A stretch of 64,000 nt of DNA from an uncultured Lachnospiraceae bacterium (GCA_945919075.1 CAMEIX010000016.1:2534-66533); one strand, 5' to 3'. Positions 53,104 to 63,955 are shown, numbered from the stretch's first letter. Notes: generated by a model from the sequence alone, not told the origin. Made by a program: numbers and translations.

Positions 53104-54392
53104 CAAGTGTGGGCTATATTAATTTTATCATTTGTCTTTTGACGTATTTTGTGGCCAACTTCATCATGGTTTCTGCCTTTGAAAGCAGGAAGAAGTACAG
53201 CAGTTTACGGGAGGCTGTAACGATATGGATTCTGACACTTCCCCTTTCCGGCATTAAAATCTGGTTTAACCATATTAAGGCAGTTCAGTATGGTTTTCTG
53301 ATTACCATAATTATTGTCAGTATTATCTATCTGCACATTCGCATGGAGGGTTTTATCTGGCAGAAGATTCTGTTTGTGATGCTGCAGGAGACCGCCTTTT
53401 TCATCGGAGAAGTGACCGCGTCATTTATTTTGAGGGATGCTATCAGTAAGCTGGGAAGTTGGGATTTTAATACGCCTACCATACTGATTGCCGATACCAT
53501 GGTCAACCTGATTGGACTCTGTGTTTACTGGATGTTTTTGTGGGGATGGAAGAGAATTGTATGGAAACGAAATTATAATGCCAAAACCTTTCTGGTCTTC
53601 TTATTCTTTCCCATGAGTCAGGTGTTCTTGATTTGTGCCAATGATATCCTGGCAATTAACACCATGACACCGGGAAATATCAGCCTGATGGTGGGAACAG
53701 CCATTGGATTTATTGCGGATATTCTGTTAATGGTTACCCTGCTTCGTCAGCAGCAGATGCATGAAATGGAATTAAAACTTTCTCAGGTGGAAAAAGCATG
53801 GGATACTGAAAAGAAGCACTATGAGGAGATTGAAATCCGGCGAGAGGAACTGGCTAAGATTCGTCATGATATGACCGAACAGTTCATTTTGATGAGTGAA
53901 CTGATTCAACGGGATGATAAAGAAAAAGTAAAAGAAATGCTGAAAAAACTTACGGAATATGTGGCGGCAACGAGGGAATATGTGTACTGTGAGGATGGTG
54001 TAGTGAATGCCATCATGTCTGAGAATGAGAAAATCTGCAAAGACAAGGGAATCTGTTTAGAGTACGAATTTGCAATCCATCGGCCCTTAGAGATGAATGC
54101 GGTGGTAATCTGCAGTATATTCTCCAATCTCTTTCGAAATGCCATAGCGGCAGCAGAGCAGGCAGAGGGGGAGAAAAAGATTAGCCTCAAAGCTTCGCTT
54201 ATGGGAGATTATCTGCATATCAAAGAGGAAAATACATACAACAAAAGCGCCAGGCGGGATGACAGAAAAGGTTATGGGCTGGAGATATTAAGAAACATGG
54301 CAGAACGACATAACGGACAGATGGATGTAAAGGAAAACGAAACATGGTTTATGGTGGAAATGTCCCTTGAAAATAAGGACATCGAGAAATAA
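53100..54392 (+). CDS. GHKL sensor histidine kinase, AgrC/HPK10-like (6-7 TM)
   Basis: ATGA overlap with the upstream gene. Polytopic N-terminus, H-box KIRHDMTEQF, N-box FSNLFRNAIAAAE, G-box RKGYGLEIL. Confidence 0.85.
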   Translation: MTSVGYINFIICLLTYFVANFIMVSAFESRKKYSSLREAVTIWILTLPLSGIKIWFNHIKAVQYGFLITIIIVSIIYLHIRMEGFIWQKILFVMLQETAFFIGEVTASFILRDAISKLGSWDFNTPTILIADTMVNLIGLCVYWMFLWGWKRIVWKRNYNAKTFLVFLFFPMSQVFLICANDILAINTMTPGNISLMVGTAIGFIADILLMVTLLRQQQMHEMELKLSQVEKAWDTEKKHYEEIEIRREELAKIRHDMTEQFILMSELIQRDDKEKVKEMLKKLTEYVAATREYVYCEDGVVNAIMSENEKICKDKGICLEYEFAIHRPLEMNAVVICSIFSNLFRNAIAAAEQAEGEKKISLKASLMGDYLHIKEENTYNKSARRDDRKGYGLEILRNMAERHNGQMDVKENETWFMVEMSLENKDIEK

Positions 54393-54416
54393 AAGGAAGC
54401 CAACCGGCTTCCTTTT
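54391..54416. terminator. Bidirectional terminator between convergent genes
   Basis: AAAAGGAAGCC-AACC-GGCTTCCTTTT. Confidence 0.85.
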
Positions 54417-56310
54417 ATTCCAACTCAAATGCACCGGTATAGAGCTGGTAATAGGTGCCCTTCTTGGCAATAAGTTCATCATGGCTTCCCTGCTCGATGA
54501 CATGACCATGGTCAAGAACCATGATGACATCGGAGTTCATGACAGTGGAAAGACGATGTGCAATAACAAATACCGTGCGGCCTTCCATTAACTTATCCAT
54601 TCCGCGCTGTACAATGGCCTCGGTTCTGGTATCGATGGAGGAGGTTGCCTCATCCATAATCATAACCGGAGGGTCTGCAACAGCAGCACGGGCAATGGCA
54701 AGAAGCTGGCGCTGGCCTTGGGAAAGATTGGAACCGTTTCCGGAAAGCATGGTATTGTAGCCTTCGGGAAGGCGGGTAATGAAATCATCCGCACCTGCAA
54801 GTTTCGCAGCATTCTTACATTCCTCATCCGTTGCATTTAAGTTCCCGTAACGGATGTTCTCCATTACGGTTCCGGTAAATAAATTGGTTTCCTGCAATAC
54901 AATACCCATGGAGCGGCGCAGGTCAGCCTTTTTAATCTTATTAATGTTGATGCCGTCGTAGCGGATTTTGCCATCCGCAATATCATAAAAGCGGTTTAAC
55001 AGATTGGTGATAGTGGTTTTACCGGCACCGGTAGCCCCCACAAAGGCAATTTTCTGGCCGGGCATGGCATGAACGGATACATCATGCAAAACCGTTTTTC
55101 CCTCCTCATAGGCAAAGTCCACCTGGTTCATATGCACCTCTCCTTGTAAGGGCGTGTAGGTCAGGTGTCCATCCTGGTGAGGATGCTTCCAGGCCCACTT
55201 TCCGGTGTGTCTGTCAGTTTCGGTCAGGGTGCCGTCTGCGGCAACTTCCACATTAACTAAAGTGACATAGCCCTCGTCGGTTTCCGCAACCTCATCCATC
55301 AGGGCAAAGACTCTTTCCGCACCAGCAAGACCCATGACAATGGCGTTAATCTGCTGGGTAGCCTGGTTGATATTACCGGTAAACTGTTTGGTCATATTTA
55401 AGAAAGGGACTAAAATACTGATGGAAAATGCCATACCGGACAGACTTAAGTTGGGAGTGTTTAATACCAGGAACAAACCACCCACTACAGCAATCAATAC
55501 ATAGATGATATTACCAATATTGCCGATAATGGGTCCTAAAATATTGGCATAGGCATGGGCCTTAAAGCTGTCTTCAAAGAGGGCATCGTTTAAGGCATTA
55601 AAATCATTTTCACACTGTTCTTCGTGATGAAAGACCTTAACCACCTTCTGTCCATTCATCATTTCCTGTATAAAGCCTTCTTCCTTTCCAATGGACTGCT
55701 GCTGTCGCATGAAGAAACGAGCACTGCCGCCGCCCACTTTACCGGAAACAAAGAACATGGCAATGACGCCAAGAATTAACACCAGGGTCATCCATACACT
55801 GTAATAAAGCATAATGAACAATACCCCTACGATTATAGCAATGGAACGAATTAAAGCCGGGAAGGACTGAGAAACCATTTCTCGTAGGGTATCAGTATCA
55901 TTGGTGTAGTGACTCATGATATCACCGTGTTTATTGGTGTCAAAGTAGCGGATAGGTAATTTTTGCATGCCATTGAACATACTGTTTCGAAGCTTGCATA
56001 GATAGCCCTGCGTAATAGTAGCCATCATCTGGGTATAAACTACAGTAGCGATGATGGAAAGGACATAAAGGGCAATCAATATCATAATCAGAGGAAAAAT
56101 TTCCTTACCGGCATTTGCCCAGTCCTTTGTGGGCTGCCATTTTTCAATAACAGCTATAATTTTTTGTATAAAAATGGACGGGATAGTAGCAATCACCGAG
56201 GAAAACAAAATACAAAGGAAGGTGACAGGCACTCTGACCGGATAGTAATGATACAAAGAAGAGAGTATGCGGCCAAAGATTTTGGGATTGATTTTCTTCT
56301 TAGGCTTCAT
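54415..56310 (-). CDS. ABC exporter, fused permease/ATPase (heterodimer subunit B)
   Basis: Six-TM domain plus NBD (GATGAGKTT, LSQGQRQLL, VMIMDEATSSID). The start at 56310 is preceded by GGGAGGA and overlaps the upstream stop by 11 nt. Confidence 0.92.
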   Translation of the reverse strand: MKPKKKINPKIFGRILSSLYHYYPVRVPVTFLCILFSSVIATIPSIFIQKIIAVIEKWQPTKDWANAGKEIFPLIMILIALYVLSIIATVVYTQMMATITQGYLCKLRNSMFNGMQKLPIRYFDTNKHGDIMSHYTNDTDTLREMVSQSFPALIRSIAIIVGVLFIMLYYSVWMTLVLILGVIAMFFVSGKVGGGSARFFMRQQQSIGKEEGFIQEMMNGQKVVKVFHHEEQCENDFNALNDALFEDSFKAHAYANILGPIIGNIGNIIYVLIAVVGGLFLVLNTPNLSLSGMAFSISILVPFLNMTKQFTGNINQATQQINAIVMGLAGAERVFALMDEVAETDEGYVTLVNVEVAADGTLTETDRHTGKWAWKHPHQDGHLTYTPLQGEVHMNQVDFAYEEGKTVLHDVSVHAMPGQKIAFVGATGAGKTTITNLLNRFYDIADGKIRYDGININKIKKADLRRSMGIVLQETNLFTGTVMENIRYGNLNATDEECKNAAKLAGADDFITRLPEGYNTMLSGNGSNLSQGQRQLLAIARAAVADPPVMIMDEATSSIDTRTEAIVQRGMDKLMEGRTVFVIAHRLSTVMNSDVIMVLDHGHVIEQGSHDELIAKKGTYYQLYTGAFELE

Positions 56311-58045
56311 TTTCGGTTCCTCCCTTCGTCTGCTGTTCGTAAATTTCTTTATATATTTCACTGCTCATTAAGAGTTCTTCGTGCTTACCTGCAGCTGAAA
56401 TTCTGCCATTTTCCATAATGATAATCAAGTCCGCATGCATAACAGAAGTAATACGCTGGGCAATGATAATTTTGGTGGTATCGGGAATATAGGCTTCAAA
56501 GCCGGCACGGATTTTAGCATCCGTTTTGGTATCTACCGCACTGGTAGAATCATCCAGAATCAGTATTTTCGGCTTCTTAAGAAGAGCACGGGCGATACAA
56601 AGACGCTGTTTCTGACCACCGGAAACATTGGTTCCACCCTGCTCAATCTTGGTATCATAGCCTTCCGGGAAGGTATTTATAAATTCATCAGCCTGTGCAA
56701 GGCGGCATGCATCTTCCAATTCTTCATCCGTAGCATTTTCATTACCCCAGCGCAGGTTTTCTTTAATGGTGCCGGAGAATAAAAGATTTTTCTGCAAGAC
56801 CATGGCAACTGCATCGCGAAGAGAGGAAAGCTCGTATTCCTTTACGTTAATGCCTCCCACCCTGATGACACCCTCCGTGACATCATAGAGTCTGGGAATC
56901 AGCTGTACCAGGGAGGATTTTCCGGATCCGGTCCCCCCGATTACGCCTACGGTCATGCCGCTATGGATGTGAAGATTGATATCGGACAGGGCATTCTTTT
57001 CTGCTTTTGCCGAATATTTGAAATTTACATTTTCAAAATCAATGGAGCCGTCCGCAACCTTGGTAAGAGGAGCTTCTTTTTCCTTTAAGGAAGATTCCTC
57101 GTCCAAAACTTCACAGATACGTCTGGCACTTTCAGCGGAAAGTGTGAGCATGACAAAAATCATGGAAAGCATCATAAGGGACATTAACACCTGCATTCCG
57201 TAGGTGAGCATGGCTGACAACTGTCCCACATCTAATACGGTACCGGCACTTTCAATGGCTATCTTAGAACCAACCCACATCACAAATACCATGTTAAAAT
57301 TAAGGCAGATATTCATTAAGGGATTATTTAATGCCACAATTTTCTCAGCCTTGGTAAAATCCTTCCGGATATTCTCACTGGCTTTGCCAAATTTCTCTTT
57401 TTCGTATTCTTCACGGGAGAAGCCCTTCACTACACGCATGGCACGGACATTTTCCTCTATAGATTCATTTAGCCGGTCATATTTTTTGAATACCCTGTGG
57501 AAGGCAGGCATGGCAAACTTTGTTACCATTATCAGACCAAAGGCTAAAACCGGAATGACGATGACAAAGCTGATGGCAAGACTGCCACCCATATAGAAGG
57601 CCATGATGACGGAGAATATCAACATCAAAGGACTTCGAATCGCGATACGGATCATCATCATGAAAGACATCTGTACATTGGTTACATCCGTGGTCATTCT
57701 GGTAACCAGGGAGGAAGAAGAGAACTTGTCAATGTTCTCAAAGGAATAGCCCTGGATTTTGTGAAACATATTTTTTCTTAAATTCTTTGCAAAACCTGCA
57801 CTGGCTTTTGCCGAGGTAAATCCAGCCAGCCCACCACAGGCAAGAGAAGCAAATGCCATTACCACAAGAATCAGCCCCACCCGGATAATATTACTCATGT
57901 CAGCCCCGCCTTTGATCTCGTTTACCAGGTTGGCAGTCATAAAAGGAATGATGGTTTCAATGACCGCTTCGCCGGTGATAAAAAGAAGGGTTAAAACTGT
58001 GGGGAGCTTGTACTCCTGCACATAGCCTGCTAATTTTTTTAACAT
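56300..58045 (-). CDS. ABC exporter, fused permease/ATPase (heterodimer subunit A)
   Basis: Six-TM domain plus NBD (GGTGSGKSS, VSGGQKQRL, ILILDDSTSAVD). Confidence 0.92.
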   Translation of the reverse strand: MLKKLAGYVQEYKLPTVLTLLFITGEAVIETIIPFMTANLVNEIKGGADMSNIIRVGLILVVMAFASLACGGLAGFTSAKASAGFAKNLRKNMFHKIQGYSFENIDKFSSSSLVTRMTTDVTNVQMSFMMMIRIAIRSPLMLIFSVIMAFYMGGSLAISFVIVIPVLAFGLIMVTKFAMPAFHRVFKKYDRLNESIEENVRAMRVVKGFSREEYEKEKFGKASENIRKDFTKAEKIVALNNPLMNICLNFNMVFVMWVGSKIAIESAGTVLDVGQLSAMLTYGMQVLMSLMMLSMIFVMLTLSAESARRICEVLDEESSLKEKEAPLTKVADGSIDFENVNFKYSAKAEKNALSDINLHIHSGMTVGVIGGTGSGKSSLVQLIPRLYDVTEGVIRVGGINVKEYELSSLRDAVAMVLQKNLLFSGTIKENLRWGNENATDEELEDACRLAQADEFINTFPEGYDTKIEQGGTNVSGGQKQRLCIARALLKKPKILILDDSTSAVDTKTDAKIRAGFEAYIPDTTKIIIAQRITSVMHADLIIIMENGRISAAGKHEELLMSSEIYKEIYEQQTKGGTENEA

Positions 58046-58101
58046 AGTCGTACTCCGTTTCTTACTAATGAAATCAAATATAGTGCCTAATCTAACTGTT
58101 T

Positions 58102-58130
58102 AATATAATACGATTTCAAATCATTTTCAA
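58102..58130 (-). promoter_or_regulatory. Putative promoter of the ABC exporter pair
   Basis: Minus strand reads TTGAAA, 17 nt, TATATT. Confidence 0.45.
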
Positions 58131-58168
58131 GAAAGCTGAAAGTTATTTTATGAAAATTTAAGGATATA

Positions 58169-59482
58169 TTATTTTGCTTTTTTAACCGGTATCAGATAAA
58201 TAAAAATCAAGGAACTTACTAAAAGTAAATAGGGGTAGAACAGCTTTGGAATAATATCGAAAGCAGATACCGAAACCCCAAGTTCCTTTGCTGCGGTAAT
58301 GGCTACCAACATCTGGGCACCGTAAGGAAGGATGCCCTGCACGATACAGGAGAAGGTATCTAAGAGGGAAGCACTCTTTCTGGGCGTGATATCATATTCA
58401 TTTGCAATTTCTTTTGCAATGGGGTTTGCCATAACAATCGCTACGGTATTGTTTGCGGTTGCAATATTCATGGTACTTACCAAAAGCCCCATTCCCAGCT
58501 GCCCGCCTTTTTGGCCCTTAAAGGTTTTACGGATTAAGTTAAGCAGGGTTTCGAAACCACCATACTCTCTTATCAGGGCACACATAACGGATACTAAAAC
58601 CGCTACCATACAGGTTTCAAACATGCCGGAGGTTCCGGAACCCATTTTGGAAAGTAATTCAATATAGGTGATGGAGCCGGTAGCTAACATAATGATAGAA
58701 CCGGAGAAAATGCCGATTAGAAGCACCACAAAAACATTGATTCCGATAATACCTCCGAGAAGTACCAGTACATAGGGGATAATCTGGAGCAGATTATATT
58801 CTTCCATAACAGCTCCTTCCTCAAAGGTGCTGAAGGAGAGAACCAAAATGAGAACTAAAGTAGTAAGAGCAGCGGGAAATGCAATCCAGAAGTTTTCCCT
58901 GAATTTATCCTTCATCCGGCAGCCCTGTCCGTTACAGGCAGCAATGGTGGTATCGGAAATAAAGGATAGATTATCACCAAACATGGCACCACCCATAACA
59001 GAAGCGATGCAAAGGGAAATGGAAAAACCGGAAGCATTTGATACCGCCACCGCGATGGGGGTAATCAGGGTGATGGTACCCACACTGGTACCCATGGCGG
59101 TGGATACAAAACAGGCTACGATAAAGAGCACGGCTACTGCAAATTTTGCAGGAATTAAGGAGAGCATAAAATAGGCTACACTTTCCGCACTGCTTCTGCC
59201 TACCACGCCTACAAATGCACCGGCAGTAAGGAAGATTAAGAGCATGGTGATAATATTTTTGTCAGCAAGTCCTTTCGCCATGATATCTAATTTGTCCTCG
59301 AAGCTTACTTTTGGGTTCTGAAGACAGGCTACTAAAATAGCTACCAAAAAGGCTATGACAATGGGAATATTATAAAAGCCCATTTCGATTTTTAGCACAT
59401 ACTCGAATAAAATCCCCAGTCCTAAATAGAGGACTAAGAATACACCAATGGGAAGTAGTGCAATAGGATTACTTTTTTTCAT
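58169..59482 (-). CDS. nhaC: Na+/H+ antiporter NhaC family protein
   Basis: Polytopic, about 437 aa, NhaC-like. ATG 59482 follows AAAGGA. A TATAAT at 59516-59521 (minus strand) would place the upstream ATG 59506 at the very 5' end of the transcript. Confidence 0.8.
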   Translation of the reverse strand: MKKSNPIALLPIGVFLVLYLGLGILFEYVLKIEMGFYNIPIVIAFLVAILVACLQNPKVSFEDKLDIMAKGLADKNIITMLLIFLTAGAFVGVVGRSSAESVAYFMLSLIPAKFAVAVLFIVACFVSTAMGTSVGTITLITPIAVAVSNASGFSISLCIASVMGGAMFGDNLSFISDTTIAACNGQGCRMKDKFRENFWIAFPAALTTLVLILVLSFSTFEEGAVMEEYNLLQIIPYVLVLLGGIIGINVFVVLLIGIFSGSIIMLATGSITYIELLSKMGSGTSGMFETCMVAVLVSVMCALIREYGGFETLLNLIRKTFKGQKGGQLGMGLLVSTMNIATANNTVAIVMANPIAKEIANEYDITPRKSASLLDTFSCIVQGILPYGAQMLVAITAAKELGVSVSAFDIIPKLFYPYLLLVSSLIFIYLIPVKKAK

Positions 59483-59695
59483 ACAATAAAAGTCCTTTCT
59501 TAACATTCTTATTTCATTATACGGGAGAGAAAAGGAAAGAACAAGGACTCATTTGGAGAGAATTTCCGGGACAAGTGTTGCGGGATAGTCCAATATATGA
59601 TACAATTTTCACAATGTTAAGAATAAAAAAATACAATATTTCACTGCTTTTGAATATTAAAAATTCAAATGCAGACAGAAGGAAAGAGGACTAGT

Positions 59696-60622
59696 ATGAT
59701 TAATACCCTGATCGAGAAAATCAAAAAAACAAATGCACCCATCGTAGTAGGTCTTGACCCCATGATGAATTACATTCCGGAGCATATTCAGAAAAAAGCT
59801 TTTGCCGAATATGGGGAAACCTTAAAAGGTGCTGCAGAGGCAATCTGGCAGTATAATAAGGGGATTGTAGATGCGGTATATGACCTGATACCTGCCGTAA
59901 AGCCTCAGATTGCCATGTATGAACAGTTTGGTCTTCCCGGGGTGGAGGCATTCCAGAAGACCGTAGATTACTGTAAGGAAAAAGGCCTTGTGGTTATCGG
60001 CGATATCAAACGCGGGGACATCGGTTCCACCTCCGAGGCCTATGCTGTTGGACACCTTGGAAAAGCGATGGTGGGAAGTCAGGCACTTTACGGTTTTAAT
60101 GAGGACTTTGTAACCGTAAATCCCTATCTCGGTTCCGATGGTGTGAAGCCCTTTATCAAGGTTTGTAAGGAAGAAAAGAAAGGGATTTTTGTACTTGTTA
60201 AGACCTCCAATCCCAGCAGTGGGGAATTTCAGGATCGTGTGGTAGACGGAAAGCCCTTATACGAGTTAGTGGGTGAAAAGGTTGCAGAATGGGGCAGTGA
60301 GTGCATGGGAGATTCCTATAGCTATGTAGGAGCCGTTGTAGGTGCAACCTATCCCGAGCAGGGTAAGATTTTACGTAAGGTAATGCCCAAGACTTTTATT
60401 TTGGTACCCGGTTATGGCGCACAGGGCGGAAAGGGCGCCGATCTGGTTCATTTCTTCAACGAAGACGGGCTTGGTGCCATCATTAATTCTTCCAGAGGTA
60501 TCATTGCTGCTTACAAGCAGGAGAAGTATGCTAAGTTTGGCAGCGAAAGCTATGCAGATGCTTCCAGGGCAGCAGTGCTGGACATGAGAGAAGATATTGC
60601 ACAGGCACTTGCAAGCCGGTAG
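59696..60622 (+). CDS. pyrF: Orotidine-5'-phosphate decarboxylase (long, type 2 form)
   Basis: APIVVGLDP and VIGDIKRGDIGST. GAAAGAGGA lies upstream of ATG 59696. Confidence 0.9.
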   Translation: MINTLIEKIKKTNAPIVVGLDPMMNYIPEHIQKKAFAEYGETLKGAAEAIWQYNKGIVDAVYDLIPAVKPQIAMYEQFGLPGVEAFQKTVDYCKEKGLVVIGDIKRGDIGSTSEAYAVGHLGKAMVGSQALYGFNEDFVTVNPYLGSDGVKPFIKVCKEEKKGIFVLVKTSNPSSGEFQDRVVDGKPLYELVGEKVAEWGSECMGDSYSYVGAVVGATYPEQGKILRKVMPKTFILVPGYGAQGGKGADLVHFFNEDGLGAIINSSRGIIAAYKQEKYAKFGSESYADASRAAVLDMREDIAQALASR

Positions 60623-60699
60623 AAGGAAAATTCCAAGAAGATAATTGGAATCTATGTTTTCAGGGTATCCGATATTTGACACAGGAAAATGGTGATAGA

Positions 60700-61728
60700 A
60701 TGAGAGAGTTTAAGGGATTTTATAAAGGTGTAAATTTAGGCGGTTGGCTGTCCCAGTGCGGCAATCAGTATACGGAGGAACATTATAACTCCTTTGTGAA
60801 AAAGGAAGACATTGCAAGAATTGCTTCCTGGGGAACGGATCATGTGAGACTTCCCATTGATTACAATCTGATTCAGGAAGATGACGGCACTCTGATTGAG
60901 GCAGGTTTTAAGCATATTGACGATTGTCTTGCATGGTGCAAAGAGTACGGACTTAATACCGTGCTTGACCTCCATAAAGCATGCGGGTTCGTGTTTGACG
61001 ACGAAAACTATTGCAGTTTTTTTGCAGATCAAAAACTGCAGGCACAGTTTATGGAACTCTGGAAAGAAATAGCAAGACGATATGGAAATAAGGAAAATAT
61101 TGCATTTGAACTTTTGAATGAAGTTACCATGCCCGAGATGGCAGAGCCCTGGAATGAGATAATCAGAAAGACCATGCCTGAAATTCGTAAGATAGCTGAT
61201 AAGACGAAGGTAATTGTGGGTGGAATTTATAATAGCAGCATTACCGGGCTTTCTCTGATGGAAGCACCCTATGATGAAAATATGGTATTTACATATCACT
61301 GTTACAGTCCATTTATTTTTACTCACCAGGATGCAGAGTGGATTGCCAAAATGCCCAAGGGCTTTTCTACTACCTTCCCTAAAACAGCGAAAGAAACTAT
61401 GGAAGAATCCAGAAGTGTATATGGTTCTGATTTTGATAACGAATTTGAGAATCTGGGGGATGCTTTATTAGACAAAGAATATTTCAGGCATTTGTTTGAA
61501 CCCGCAATTGCTATCGCAGAGAAATTTGATGTGCCCCTGTACTGTGGTGAATACGGTGTCATCGATTTGGCGGACTGTGACAGTACCCTAAGATGGTTCG
61601 AGAGCATGCACGAGGCATTGGAGGAATGCAAGATTGGCAGAGCAGTTTGGAGTTATAAGAAGATGAATTTCGGTCTGATTGACAAGCACTATGATAGTAT
61701 CCGGGAAAAGATAGTTACATTACTGTAA
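60700..61728 (+). CDS. Glycoside hydrolase family 5 (cellulase-like), no signal peptide
   Basis: GVNLGGWL, acid/base FELLNEV, nucleophile region YCGEYG. Confidence 0.85.
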   Translation: MREFKGFYKGVNLGGWLSQCGNQYTEEHYNSFVKKEDIARIASWGTDHVRLPIDYNLIQEDDGTLIEAGFKHIDDCLAWCKEYGLNTVLDLHKACGFVFDDENYCSFFADQKLQAQFMELWKEIARRYGNKENIAFELLNEVTMPEMAEPWNEIIRKTMPEIRKIADKTKVIVGGIYNSSITGLSLMEAPYDENMVFTYHCYSPFIFTHQDAEWIAKMPKGFSTTFPKTAKETMEESRSVYGSDFDNEFENLGDALLDKEYFRHLFEPAIAIAEKFDVPLYCGEYGVIDLADCDSTLRWFESMHEALEECKIGRAVWSYKKMNFGLIDKHYDSIREKIVTLL

Positions 61729-61770
61729 TTTGGCTGTTTGTTTGGTATATTAATTTTCGAGTATGGACTG

Positions 61771-61806
61771 AAGGCCACTCCGTAAGGAGTGGTCTTGTTC
61801 TTTTTG
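61771..61806 (+). terminator. Rho-independent terminator after the GH5 gene
   Basis: AAGGCCACTCC-GTAA-GGAGTGGTCTT hairpin followed by T-rich sequence. Confidence 0.75.
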
Positions 61807-61936
61807 GGAAGAGTTACAAAAACTTTCATAAATTATATTTGAATTTTTTGACGTTTATTTGTTGACGATGAGGAATCTACATGATAATCTTTTTTGAGAA
61901 TATTAGAATATCAGAACAATACGAGAAGAGGATTTT

Positions 61937-62647
61937 ATGACAGTAGCAATTTGTGATGATGAGATAATTTTTATTGAGCAGATGGAAACTTTGATAAAGG
62001 ATATTCCGGAGATTGAAAAATACGATACCTATACCGATTTGAGAAAATTGTGGGAGTCCCTGAAGAAAGGGAAAAATTACGACCTGATTTTCATGGATAT
62101 TGACTGGAAGGAAGAAAAAAACGGCATAAGTTATGCAGCGAAGATAAATGACACCTATCCGGAGATTCAAATAATTTTTGTAACAGCCTTTAATGACCGC
62201 TTCTCCCAGGAGATTTTCTTCGAGCCGGTAAATCTATGCGGTTATCTGGTAAAACCGGTCAATATGGATAACTTAAATGTATTGTTGGAAAAGGCAAAAA
62301 AGAATTTAGAAAAGAATCAAAAGAAACGTCTTGCAGTACAGTATCGGGGCAAGACCGAAGTCATTCCGCACAGGGACATTACCTATCTGGAAAGTAAGGG
62401 TCATCAGGTAATCATTCACACCATAAAAGGGGAATTGACGATCTACGACAAACTTGAGGAAATCGGCAGAAAGCTGTCTGACGGATTTTTGTGCATCCAT
62501 AAGAGTTTCTGGGTCAACATGGATAAAATTCAAAAACTGGACGGAAAAAGCCTGCTGCTTAAGGATGAAACCGTGCTACCCATCAGTAAATCAAGGGTTG
62601 TGACAGCAAAGGAAACGTATCTGCGCTATATGAGAAGCCAGATGTAG
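61937..62647 (+). CDS. LytTR-family response regulator (REC + LytTR)
   Basis: REC motifs VAICDDE, LIFMDID and IIFVTA. The C-terminal LytTR part is ITYLESKGHQVIIHT...FLCIHKSFWVNMDKI. Confidence 0.9.
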   Translation: MTVAICDDEIIFIEQMETLIKDIPEIEKYDTYTDLRKLWESLKKGKNYDLIFMDIDWKEEKNGISYAAKINDTYPEIQIIFVTAFNDRFSQEIFFEPVNLCGYLVKPVNMDNLNVLLEKAKKNLEKNQKKRLAVQYRGKTEVIPHRDITYLESKGHQVIIHTIKGELTIYDKLEEIGRKLSDGFLCIHKSFWVNMDKIQKLDGKSLLLKDETVLPISKSRVVTAKETYLRYMRSQM

Positions 62648-62657
62648 GAGGGGAAAT

Positions 62658-63949
62658 ATGACAGTAACCGGATTTATAAACTATTTAGTGAATATGGCAG
62701 CTTATTTTGCTACAAATTATATTATGGTAGCAGCTTTTGAAAGCAAGAAAAAGCGTAGTACTCTGCAAGATGCAGTGTATGTTTGGCTGCTTACCTTACC
62801 ATTAACAAACCTGAAATTCTTTTTCAACAATAGCGAATTCAAATTTCTGATTTTATTTGGAATCCTTGCTCTGTGTATTCTTTATCTCCATTTCTGTATG
62901 GAGGGGAATATCTGGCAGAAAATTTTATTTATTGCCATCCAGGAGATGACTTTTTTCCTGGGAGAACTTCTGGTTATGGCAGTTTTTAATGAGCAGGTAT
63001 CCAAACTTACGATATGGGATTACAACGAGCCAATTATTTTGATGGTAGATATCGTAATCTGCCTGACCGGTCTGATTTTCTACTGGATTGTTCTTTTGAT
63101 CTGGAAACGGTGGGTAATGAAGCGGGTTTACGATACAAAATCATTTTTTGTTTTTCTATTTTTTCCGCTGGGACAGGTATTTCTGCTTATATCTCATAAT
63201 GAGGAGTTTTTTAGTATTCGGGCTACGGGAAGTGTCAGTCTCTACATAGGAATAGTAATTGGGCTTTTTGCCGATATTCTGCTTTTAGCAACAATCCTTC
63301 GTCAACAGCAGATGCGCGAAATTGAGGCAAAGATAGGGGAAATGAAGCAGACCTGGGAAGTGGAAAAGAAGCATTATGAGGAGATAGAAAACAGGCGTGA
63401 GGAACTGGCAAAAATCCGTCACGATATGAATGAACAGTTTATTCTGATGAAGGAGCTTCTTAAGCAGGATGACCGGGAAAAGGTGGGCGAAATGTTAGAC
63501 ACCCTGACGGCCTATGTAGCCTCCACCAGAGAATATGTATACTGTGGCGACCCGGTGGTGAATGCCATTATGGCAGAAAACGAGAAACTCTGTAAGGAAA
63601 AGCAGATCAAATTAGAGTATGAGTTTGATATTCCGGTACCGCTTAAGATGAATCCTGTGGCAATCTGCAGCATCTTTACCAACCTGTTTCGAAATGCATC
63701 GCGGCAGCAGAACAGACAGAAGGAGAAAAATTCATCAGTATTAAAGCAGCTCTGAAGGGAGAGTACCTGCATATCAAGGAAGAAAATCCTTATAACCCCA
63801 AAGCAAGGAAAAAGGACGACCACAGGGGATATGGTATCGAGATTTTGAAAAGTCTGGTGAAACAGCATGACGGTCAGATGGAGGTCTCTGCGGAAAATGA
63901 GGTGTACTGCGTGGAGATGTCGGTGGAGAATAGGGATGTGGAAGGGTAA
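62658..63949 (+). pseudogene. AgrC/HPK10-like histidine kinase, paralog of 53100..54392, interrupted by a -1 frameshift near 63697
   Basis: Frame 1 reads normally to FRNAS, then runs into nonsense and stops at 63755. Shifting by one base restores IAAAEQTEGEKFISIKAALKGEYLHIKEEN...HRGYGIEIL...VENRDVEG*. Comparison with the paralog (GAAATGCCATAGCGG versus GAAATGCATCGCGG) indicates one missing C. Confidence 0.8.
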
Positions 63950-63955
63950 CACAGA

